In this document: piece by piece, positions 6,854-14,560 of the stretch | Numbering within the stretch: the first letter of the stretch is position 1 | Layout of the letters: each line of letters opens with the position of its first letter | From: Candidatus Hydrogenedentota bacterium | Lineage (GTDB): Bacteria; Hydrogenedentota; Hydrogenedentia; Hydrogenedentales; SLHB01 | Length of the DNA stretch: 64,000 bases | Assembly: GCA_016209895.1 (NCBI GenBank) | Contig: JACQVH010000261.1 | Location: forward strand, 12,943 to 76,942 | Direction: 5' to 3' | Translations under genes and position numbers: made by a program | Notes under the pieces: generated by a model | Database searches by the model: none | What the model saw: only the letters and a program-made list of their open reading frames with translations | What the model was told of the DNA's origin: nothing

Positions 6854-9010
6854 CTAGGCACCCCGACCGGATACGAGATCAAACACGACGGCATTCCTGC
6901 TCGGTACGGATAGCTTCCCACGGTAAATCCCGGGCGCTTCTCGAGACAATATCGCAGCCGTCTTATTCCCACGCGTTTTCAGCAGCAGCCGAGGGCTTTC
7001 GACGTATCCCACGTGACGTGAGTCCAAGCGCAACGTGAGGGTCTCCTCCTGGTCCGCGATATTCACCACGGCAAGCTTTCGCTTACCGCTGGGCGTCAGC
7101 CAGGCACCGGCCAGGACGGCCGCAGCCGTCCGGGTTTGGTCGGTGCCGTCAATTTTTTCCGTCCAGGATACGCTTCCCGCACTTTCCACGATCACCGGCG
7201 CCAAGAGCTCGCCAAATTGCAGAGCATCTCGTGCCGCATGGCGCGCGCGGCACAACCGCTTCAAGAACTCCGCCTCGACCTCGTTGCCCTTTTGGAGAAT
7301 TGACGGACCTATCCAACCCAACTGGGAACCGAAGGTGAATTCCTGCGCAAACTTGAGCCGCAGAGGATAGCGGGCCTCGTAGTCGGTACCGGAGAAGTAT
7401 TGAAATCCAAACGACACCACTCGCCCGCCGTAGACGGCCGGATATAGGGGCACAATCGTTCCGCCCCGCGGCTGGGTGTTTACCATGAGGAAGGCGTCGA
7501 GCAGGTCGTTCCAGGGGTCGGCGTTTTCCTCGGTCGTCAACGCGGTTCGGGGCGGCAAAACCGCTCGGCACCGGTCCAAGAGATCCCGATAGCCTTGAAT
7601 CCAGTAGCTCCCACCGCCCCGGGGATGGCCATGGTTTTCGGCGAAGCAACGGCGCGGCGCGGCGGCCGAAATCTGGTCAATGTATACGCCACGCACGCCC
7701 ACCTCATTGACGAGTCGGTCCACTAACTGGGTTACGGTCTCCTGCCAAAGTTCGGTGGTCGGGCACATGGGCGTAAGCGGCACTTTCGAACCGTATACCT
7801 CCTCGTAGTGGTCTCCGTTCAGATTGGTTGCGGCAGCGTCTTTCGCACCGGATTCCGCCCAGCTTTTGGTCGCGGCATCCCACAAACGCCCGTTGATATA
7901 GGGCATGACTGCGACACCGGCCTTTTGTACTTTCGATACGGCGTCCCGAAACCCCTGTTTCGCCGGGAAATACTCCGGATAGTGGTCGTCAAAGGGGATT
8001 TGGTGCCACGTGTATACGTGGGCTGAAACCGGCACCTCGAAATACTTTGCAAAGTCAAGGACTGCCTTCGCGGTTGGCTCATCGTCGCAAGAACCGATAT
8101 ACCACAGGTCCGTATTGATGAGCCACTTGGGTATATCGTTCCGTTCGGCGAGCGGAGGCACGCGGCCCCAAGGGGCGCTCTGAACAGCCCGTCGGTACTG
8201 TCGCGCGGCCTCGTACCAATCGCCCACATATGCGGTGGTCGCCACCGAGTACGGTATCCGGTAACTCTTCGCGATTCCCATATCGGGAATGTCGTGCCGC
8301 ATCCCGAGCGTGACCACGGGCTGCCCTTTGGCTCGTCCCGCAAACAGTCGCAGCGGATAGCCTTCAGCGTCTTCGGACCCAACGTAAACGCCGGTCTCGC
8401 CGTCGGAGACGGCGGCGAACGGCATGCTGCATTGTGAGGACGGGTACGTGCCCTCGTTGAGGGGGCGATGCATTAAGTCGTCATGGATCAACCCCCAGCC
8501 CGCGGTCGTGATTGAATGCACTTCCTCCGGACGAGCGATGGAACCAATCTCAGGAAACGTGATGTCCCACAGCGCGCAGTTTTGCGCTTTCACCGACGCT
8601 TCCAGCCCCCATACGAGGTCGGCCCCGCGGACGGTAACCGTCATGGTCACGTCCACTTTCCCCGGCATCAACGCGGTCCAGGCGACGGTAAGGTTCGCGG
8701 CCGACGCCTCGCGCACGGAGCCCGGTCCATCCAAGGCGGTGACGCTTGCGCGGTCACCCGAGGTCTGCTGGACTGTCACGGTCCAGAGAGGCACCAGGGG
8801 TTCGGACGCCACCCAGCTTCGCCGATGCCCTTCCTCATCAATCTCCCACCGCGAAATAAACGCGCCCCGTTCTCCAACGGTGAACTCGACAAAGCCGTTT
8901 GCCGTGTCCAAGTTGTGATTTACGCTACTCGTTCCGGCCGCAAAGGAAGCGGCAATCAAATTCAAGAGGCTCAAGCTACTCATCTGCACGTCTCCCCAAG
9001 TTTTTCCCAT
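6854..9010 (-). CDS. Secreted 718-aa protein of unknown family, possibly a glycoside-hydrolase-like fold. Product is uncertain.
   Basis: N-terminal signal peptide (MSSLSLLNLIAASFAAGTSS). Long ORF with uniform high-GC codon usage and internal motifs YTWHQIPFDDHYPEYFP and MPYINGRLWD. No family was recognised with confidence. Confidence 0.6.
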   Translation of the reverse strand: MGKTWGDVQMSSLSLLNLIAASFAAGTSSVNHNLDTANGFVEFTVGERGAFISRWEIDEEGHRRSWVASEPLVPLWTVTVQQTSGDRASVTALDGPGSVREASAANLTVAWTALMPGKVDVTMTVTVRGADLVWGLEASVKAQNCALWDITFPEIGSIARPEEVHSITTAGWGLIHDDLMHRPLNEGTYPSSQCSMPFAAVSDGETGVYVGSEDAEGYPLRLFAGRAKGQPVVTLGMRHDIPDMGIAKSYRIPYSVATTAYVGDWYEAARQYRRAVQSAPWGRVPPLAERNDIPKWLINTDLWYIGSCDDEPTAKAVLDFAKYFEVPVSAHVYTWHQIPFDDHYPEYFPAKQGFRDAVSKVQKAGVAVMPYINGRLWDAATKSWAESGAKDAAATNLNGDHYEEVYGSKVPLTPMCPTTELWQETVTQLVDRLVNEVGVRGVYIDQISAAAPRRCFAENHGHPRGGGSYWIQGYRDLLDRCRAVLPPRTALTTEENADPWNDLLDAFLMVNTQPRGGTIVPLYPAVYGGRVVSFGFQYFSGTDYEARYPLRLKFAQEFTFGSQLGWIGPSILQKGNEVEAEFLKRLCRARHAARDALQFGELLAPVIVESAGSVSWTEKIDGTDQTRTAAAVLAGAWLTPSGKRKLAVVNIADQEETLTLRLDSRHVGYVESPRLLLKTRGNKTAAILSREAPGIYRGKLSVPSRNAVVFDLVSGRGA

Positions 9011-9011
9011 T

Positions 9012-9050
9012 CCACCCTACAGCCTACGGCCTACAGTTTACAGCCTACCT
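9012..9050. repeat. Intergenic 8-bp microsatellite (cagcctac / ggcctaca, about 4.5 copies).
   Basis: ccctacagcctacggcctacagtttacagcctacctc lies between the stop at 9045 and the start at 9010. Confidence 0.7.
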
Positions 9051-11813
9051 CGATGTGTGCCCCGCCGCGCCGCTGTGTCCGTAGGCGTCCGAGTCGAGGA
9101 AATCCTGGTCATCCAGGGGCACAAACTCCCGGGCAGCTTTCCAATTAAATTTCGCGTCGAAGGGGTCCAGCGCCCTCTGCGGGTCGAATATTTCGGGATG
9201 AACCGGGAGCGCATTGTAAGGTTCCTGGTCCTGTGCGGATTGGTCGAACAGGTCCGACAGGTCCGAGGCGAAGCCGTCGTACTGGTTCAAGGCCGGAAGT
9301 CCAACAATGAGAAACATGGTTTTCAGTATGCTGGCAATACTCGAGTGGGTGTGCGAGATGTAGTTCCGCCGGGCGTAGGGGCTGATGACCATGCACACCG
9401 AGCGATGGGCATCCACGGTGTCGCGGTAGCCCTGCGCGTCGTCTTCCGTAACAAAAATGGCGGTGCTCGACCAGAACGGACTGTGGCTGATAATCTCGAC
9501 AAGCCTTCCCAGGGCGAGGTCGTTGTCGCTCATATACGAGCCCCAGAACGGGTAGCCGTCATCGGGCCGTTCGCCGGAACCGTGGTCGTTGGGCAGCATC
9601 ATCGTGATGACCTGCGGGAACGGTTCTTTCCCGGACAACCAGCGTTCTTTGAACTCCTTCTCGAACATATCCATCCGGAACTGGTCCGGGATGTTCGTGT
9701 TGTAGGTGGCGAAATTACGCGATGTCCGTTCGAACAGGGCTTGGGGCAACGGATAATTGATCGGGAGGCGGATGCCGGTGTCGAAGTGTTCCTGTTCCTC
9801 ATCCTGGGGTTTGAATTCGAAGCCCAGGCCATAGTTGAAGAACGTGACCCCATTGCGTTCGAAGTGTTCCCAAATCGAACCGGCCTCGTTGTAGTCTTCG
9901 GGATAAATCGCCCCGGACGATCCGATGAACGAGAAATTGCCGGGGCCGTCGCCTTTGGCGTCTTCGCCGATCCGCGCCTCCATGAACTCGTTGGGATAGG
10001 TGCCGACCAACCAGCGGTGCCCGTCCACGGAGTGGTCGGAATCGCAGTAGAAGTTGTCGCACATGGCGAATCGCTTCGCCAGGGCGAGATGGTTCGGCAT
10101 CAGCACCACGTTGGAGACCTTGCGTGTGTTGTTCTTGTTCGAGACCTCGATGGGACGCCCCAGGCGGCACCACTCCGGATCGCCGCGACCGCCCGGCGTC
10201 GCGCCAAAGACCTCGTCATAGGTGCGATTCTCTTTCGTCACGTAGATGACGTGTTTGACCGGGCTTTTCCAAAGACCCGGCGCGGGCGGCACCGGGTGCC
10301 CCGGTGTGCGCGCCACGTCGCGCAAGCCGGCGAACGCCACATTGTTCTTGACCACCTGGTTCGAGAGTTCTCTTAACGCTTGCGTGGAGGAAGGCAGCGT
10401 CACGATCGACACGTACCCGCGCATCAAATCGCCCACGCCAGTCGGATCGCCCGGCTTATGACCCGGGCCCGCATTCGGTCCGGATCCGACGCCTTTCGCG
10501 TTGGTCACGTACAGGGTCTTTCCATCGGCGGACACGGCCAGCTTGCTCGGGAACCACGCGGCGGGGATGTGACCGAGCACCTTGTGGTCCCGCAGCCGAA
10601 TGACGCCGACGGCGTTTATGCCGGCCTCCGCGACGTACAGCGTTTCACGGTCGGGCGATAGCGCTAAGCCGAACGGGATCATCCCGCGCAGTCGTTTAGC
10701 TTTCGGGTGCAAAATCAGACTGATGTCTTTGACCCGCGTGCCGCTCTGCGCGTCAATCACCGTGATGCTATCGTTGCTGCCGTTGGAGACGTAGACATAT
10801 TTCTCCGTGGCCGCGAGCGAATTCGGGCTGCTCCCGCCCACGGCCGGGAAATCCTCAAGTTCTTCACCCACGAGATGGCCAGTTTTGGTCTTGGCGATTA
10901 CGCGCTCGCCGCCGCGTTCGCTGATGTCAATGGTCCAGACCGACATGCCGCGAATATCATTTGGGTCGCCGAGCGGCGGGACCGTCAGGCCGTCAATAAC
11001 CACCCCCGTCGCGGCTTCCTTGGAAGGCACGCCGAAGGGCGGGAAGCGAAGTTTTGCAATCTGGCCCGACGCATCGCGGACGTAGCCGTACTCGTAAATG
11101 CCGACGTTGGCCACGTACGCCCGCTTGCCGTCGTGTGAAAGCGTAATGCCGAACGGATATCGGCCCAGTGGAATCGAGCGCAGCACCCGCTGCGCGTTCG
11201 CGTCTACGACAACGAGGCGGAAGTTGGATTGGTCTACCGCGTAGACGGTCGCACCGTCCGCCGAGAGGCGCAAGTCGCCGAGGTAGCCGTGTTCGTAATT
11301 GATCCCGTCGGCCGTATGCGCGCAGTCAATGCGAAACAGCCGTTGACGCGTCGCCAGGTCGAACGCGAGCACGCTCCAGTCGCGCCCGCCCGCGGCGTAA
11401 AGCACCCGGCTGTCCGGACTGAACGCCAAGCCCATGAACACCGCGTCCAACACGCCTTCGCGCGCCTCTGGATTCTCCGGAATCTGATACAGTTTCGGCG
11501 TGGCCGGGTCCGACACGTCAATGACCGAGAGCGTGATCGGCCGCCCGCTGTTGGCGGTCACCACCCAGCGTCCATCAAGACTGAGCGCCAAGCCATACGG
11601 ATGCGGGTGCACGCGAATCATCGTTCCGAGCGGCGTAATCAACCGCCCGTTCGGCAGGATCGTCGTACCCTCCGGATCGATTTCGACATAGCGTTCCCCG
11701 GTCGGGGCCCGCATCAAGGTCGTCTTCTCGCCAAAAGCCGCCGGGAGCACACCCACGAACGTAGCAAGGTAGACTAGAATCAATACCAGCTTCTCAAAGT
11801 GTTTCAGCATCAC
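9045..11813 (-). CDS. Secreted fusion protein: N-terminal beta-propeller (YVTN/lactonase-like repeats) plus a C-terminal phosphoesterase-family domain (phospholipase C / acid phosphatase type).
   Basis: 922 aa with a signal peptide. Repeated ...YVANVG..., ...LYVAEAG..., ...LYVTNAKG... propeller blades. The C-terminal half has VIYVTKENRTYDEVFG and VTEDDAQGYRDTVDAHRS, the hallmark motifs of the phosphoesterase (PF04185-type) family. Confidence 0.78.
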   Translation of the reverse strand: MMLKHFEKLVLILVYLATFVGVLPAAFGEKTTLMRAPTGERYVEIDPEGTTILPNGRLITPLGTMIRVHPHPYGLALSLDGRWVVTANSGRPITLSVIDVSDPATPKLYQIPENPEAREGVLDAVFMGLAFSPDSRVLYAAGGRDWSVLAFDLATRQRLFRIDCAHTADGINYEHGYLGDLRLSADGATVYAVDQSNFRLVVVDANAQRVLRSIPLGRYPFGITLSHDGKRAYVANVGIYEYGYVRDASGQIAKLRFPPFGVPSKEAATGVVIDGLTVPPLGDPNDIRGMSVWTIDISERGGERVIAKTKTGHLVGEELEDFPAVGGSSPNSLAATEKYVYVSNGSNDSITVIDAQSGTRVKDISLILHPKAKRLRGMIPFGLALSPDRETLYVAEAGINAVGVIRLRDHKVLGHIPAAWFPSKLAVSADGKTLYVTNAKGVGSGPNAGPGHKPGDPTGVGDLMRGYVSIVTLPSSTQALRELSNQVVKNNVAFAGLRDVARTPGHPVPPAPGLWKSPVKHVIYVTKENRTYDEVFGATPGGRGDPEWCRLGRPIEVSNKNNTRKVSNVVLMPNHLALAKRFAMCDNFYCDSDHSVDGHRWLVGTYPNEFMEARIGEDAKGDGPGNFSFIGSSGAIYPEDYNEAGSIWEHFERNGVTFFNYGLGFEFKPQDEEQEHFDTGIRLPINYPLPQALFERTSRNFATYNTNIPDQFRMDMFEKEFKERWLSGKEPFPQVITMMLPNDHGSGERPDDGYPFWGSYMSDNDLALGRLVEIISHSPFWSSTAIFVTEDDAQGYRDTVDAHRSVCMVISPYARRNYISHTHSSIASILKTMFLIVGLPALNQYDGFASDLSDLFDQSAQDQEPYNALPVHPEIFDPQRALDPFDAKFNWKAAREFVPLDDQDFLDSDAYGHSGAAGHTSR

Positions 11814-11979
11814 TTAATTCCCCAAAGCATCTTAGCATAGCACATTTCGGAGCACGCCGGCCGTGACGCCTCCCCGTCGGTTCGGCCGGAAGCGGATAAA
11901 GGCTCTCGAGTAATCGAGTAGGAAACGCCCGCGCGGTGCAGTTGTAGGTTGGCGAGATTGGGAGCAGTCGCGGCGGACC

Positions 11980-12201
11980 TCAACGCATGCGCGATCTCGA
12001 CTCCCGCACCGCGTTGAGGATATCGCGTGTCGTGGCTTTGGTCTTGATGCCCGGGACGTCAAAGGGTGATTTACGGCTCTTCCTGTACACGACCGAAAAC
12101 GTTTCACCACGACGTCGCTTGATAATCACGTCTTCCTCCCGCGCGAGGTCGAGCACTTCCGAAAGCCGTTGCCGGGCTTGTGAATAGGTAAACGTCTTCA
12201 T
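11980..12201 (-). CDS. Phd/YefM-family type II antitoxin.
   Basis: 73 aa. MKTFTYSQARQRLSEVLDLAREEDVIIKRRRGE is a canonical Phd/YefM N-terminus. It overlaps the upstream PIN toxin by 4 nt. Confidence 0.8.
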   Translation of the reverse strand: MKTFTYSQARQRLSEVLDLAREEDVIIKRRRGETFSVVYRKSRKSPFDVPGIKTKATTRDILNAVRESRSRMR

Positions 12202-12596
12202 CCTGCGAACTCCAATACGTTAACGCCAACCTGTTTGGCGACATTGCGCATTTTCAAGTCCAAGGTCAGCAACGGCGCGCGCAGGCGCACCGCGCATTCA
12301 ATGAAATAAGCATCATAGGCGTGGATGCCGAAGCGTCCGGCCAGCGCCAGAGCGGACCGGATATCAGTTCTGCGCAACTCCACCGGAATGCGTTGCGCCA
12401 CATCCCAAACGGCGGTTACCTGATCGCGATGAAGCCGGCCTTTGCATACGAGTGTGGTAAGCGCATTTCCTACCTCGAACGGGAGAACATCGGGCGCAAT
12501 TAACTCATGCCCCGCCGTGATTTCGATGAGCCGGGGTTTCTCGGGCTCTTCAAGGGCGACGCCGAGAAAAGTACTCGTATCCGCGACTATTCTCAC
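12198..12596 (-). CDS. vapC: PIN-domain VapC toxin. Start set to GTG (VRIVADTSTFL...); the track ORF extends to 12698.
   Basis: IVADTS (first Asp), EVGNAL (Glu), AYDAYFIECA (Asp) and LLTLDLKM (Asp) give the PIN acidic quartet. A short PIN protein needs no 33-aa N-terminal extension. Confidence 0.8.
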   Translation of the reverse strand: MRIVADTSTFLGVALEEPEKPRLIEITAGHELIAPDVLPFEVGNALTTLVCKGRLHRDQVTAVWDVAQRIPVELRRTDIRSALALAGRFGIHAYDAYFIECAVRLRAPLLTLDLKMRNVAKQVGVNVLEFAG

Positions 12597-13088
12597 AAGT
12601 ACAATTGTACCCTGGCGCTGCCGTAGCGTCAAGTTACCAATCCAAGGCTTACTACCATTGCCGGCCGCCCAAGAGCAAAATCGTTCAAGATTATGCAACT
12701 TCGTTGAAATTTTCGAAGACGACGCCGTGGCATGCTCAAAGTTCTTTGACTATGGATGGTTACGCAAGGACGGGAAGCCCGCCGGCAAATCACGCCTACT
12801 TGTCGGCCGTCCGCGCACTGGGCGTAGACGACTCGCGGAATCTCCACACCGGGGCAAGATGGATGATCCACGCTAACCATGAGGCGAGGATAGCTAACCA
12901 CGCGTGGCCGCCTTGCTCGAGGGAGAAGGGAATACCCAAGAGGGCACTGAACCCCACTGAACATAGCGTACGAAGTATGAGTGCTCGGATAAGCGCAGGC
13001 CTTGAAACTACGAGCCGAGGAGAATGGCGAGTAACCTTTCCAAAGTTCGGCACCTCGTTGGCTGCGGCTGACGCGAAACTTTCCGAGT

Positions 13089-13403
13089 TCAGGTCGGGTT
13101 GCTGATGCCAGTTTCCGGACTGCCTCCCTCGAAAACACTAAATCCGGTTTGCGGATGACGAACGATCAGATAGAACCAATGAATCCCCGATTGTTTCAGC
13201 GTCGAGGTAAGCGCGTTTACCTCGATGTCGCATCCCAAAACGAGCCCTTCACGGTTGGACATCGCGTCGCACGTGGCGAACAGGTCCACCGATTCTTCGT
13301 CGTCTCGAACGTGGACGGACTCACGAGAGGCCTCCGGCCGCGGTTCAGCATCGTTCAGTTCCTCATTCATCCGGCGACGATTTTCGACGGTGCATGTTAA
13401 CAT
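13089..13403 (-). CDS. Hypothetical small protein in a lower-GC patch. Existence is uncertain.
   Basis: 104-aa ORF (MLTCTVENRRRMNEELNDAEPRPE...LVLGCDIEVNALTSTLKQSGIHWFYLIV...) with no recognisable family. The region 12600-13460 has lower GC than its flanks. Confidence 0.25.
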   Translation of the reverse strand: MLTCTVENRRRMNEELNDAEPRPEASRESVHVRDDEESVDLFATCDAMSNREGLVLGCDIEVNALTSTLKQSGIHWFYLIVRHPQTGFSVFEGGSPETGISNPT

Positions 13404-13464
13404 ACAGCCGCCGCATTCCAGAATTGGATGTGCACAAGACTATACCGTATGCTCGCGGGTTGTG

Positions 13465-14436
13465 ATGGAGAACGCGACCGAGAAGCGCTCGACGGTGGAC
13501 GTCATCGTCGTCAGTTTCAACACGAAGGAGCTGCTCCGGGATTGCCTGCGTTCGATTGCGGCCACCTGTCAGCCGCCGCTGGAGGCGCGCGTATGCGTGG
13601 TGGATAACGCCAGTTCGGATGGCTCGCCGGAAATGGTGCGGCGGGAATTCCAAGGGGTTCATCTGATCGTTCTGGACGAGAATCTCGGATTCGGCGCGGC
13701 GAATAATCGTGGCTTGCACAGCGGGAATGCCGAGTACGTCCTGTTCCTGAACTCCGATGCGCAACTTACGGAAAGCGCGTTGGCTGCCCTGGTAGCGTTC
13801 ATGGAACAGCATCTACGCTGCGCGGCGGTGGGGCCGCGGCTCGCGTATGCGGACGGACGGTTTCAGGCATCGTGCCGGCGTTTCCCGAACCTGCTGCGGA
13901 ATTTCTGGAGCTTGAGCGGGCTTCAGGCGCGCTGCCCAGGACATCTCCGGTCGCTGCAGAATTGGCTGTCAGAAGACGAACACACTTCGGGTCGGCTCGT
14001 GGACATGGTCTCGGGGGCCTGTTTCCTGGCCCGGCGCGCGTATTTGGAGCAAGTCGGCGGTTTTGACGAGAATCTGTTCTTGTACGAAGAGGAGACCGAC
14101 CTCTTTCTGCCCGCGCGCCGCAAAGCATGGGAAGTTCGACATTGTTCCGAAGCCAAGGTAATTCACTTGGGCGGCAGCAGTGTGGAGGCGAATGAACTGA
14201 AAGCGTTCTCGCGGTTCCACGCGTACCGCAGCAAGTACTACGTTTTTCGCAAACATTACGGCGCGTGGACCTCGCGACTCGCATACTGGTCGGACCTACT
14301 CGTATTTGCGATCTCGACTATCGTCAGCCGGCTACGCGGGAAAGAATCGCGGGCGGGGGAACGCTCGATACTCTGCCGGAAAGCGTATCGGTATTCGTTC
14401 AGTCCAATGTCTCAACTGCGGACGCCTGGTTTGTAG
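13465..14436 (+). CDS. Family 2 glycosyltransferase. Start moved to the internal ATG (MENATEKRS...).
   Basis: VIVVSFNTKELLRDCLRSI...VVDNASSDGS...DENLGFGAANNRG...LNSDA is a GT2 DXD-type fold. The upstream part of the track ORF is a non-coding-looking extension. Confidence 0.85.
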   Translation: MENATEKRSTVDVIVVSFNTKELLRDCLRSIAATCQPPLEARVCVVDNASSDGSPEMVRREFQGVHLIVLDENLGFGAANNRGLHSGNAEYVLFLNSDAQLTESALAALVAFMEQHLRCAAVGPRLAYADGRFQASCRRFPNLLRNFWSLSGLQARCPGHLRSLQNWLSEDEHTSGRLVDMVSGACFLARRAYLEQVGGFDENLFLYEEETDLFLPARRKAWEVRHCSEAKVIHLGGSSVEANELKAFSRFHAYRSKYYVFRKHYGAWTSRLAYWSDLLVFAISTIVSRLRGKESRAGERSILCRKAYRYSFSPMSQLRTPGL

Positions 14437-14560
14437 TTCACCCTTTAGCGTGTCGGGCGGCAAGCTGAAGCTTGAACTACGAACGGGGCGCAATGTTTGT
14501 AGTACACACTTCAGCGTGTCGGGACCGTAAGCTGAAGCTTAAACTACGAACTAATCTCAA
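14431..14560. repeat. Two tandem copies of a ~65-bp unit, each internally palindromic (gtttgtagttca ... tgaactacgaac), between convergent genes.
   Basis: gtttgtagttcaccctttagcgtgtcgggcggcaagctgaagcttgaactacgaac followed by gtttgtagtacacacttcagcgtgtcgggaccgtaagctgaagcttaaactacgaac. Each unit can fold as a ~12-bp stem with a ~30-nt loop. Confidence 0.75.

Noticed and set aside
12629-13138. 169-aa minus-strand ORF and the overlapping 166-aa plus-strand ORF in the lower-GC patch.
   Set aside because: They overlap each other, lack ribosome-binding sites and family motifs, and have atypical composition. They are kept only as part of the lower-GC-patch observation.
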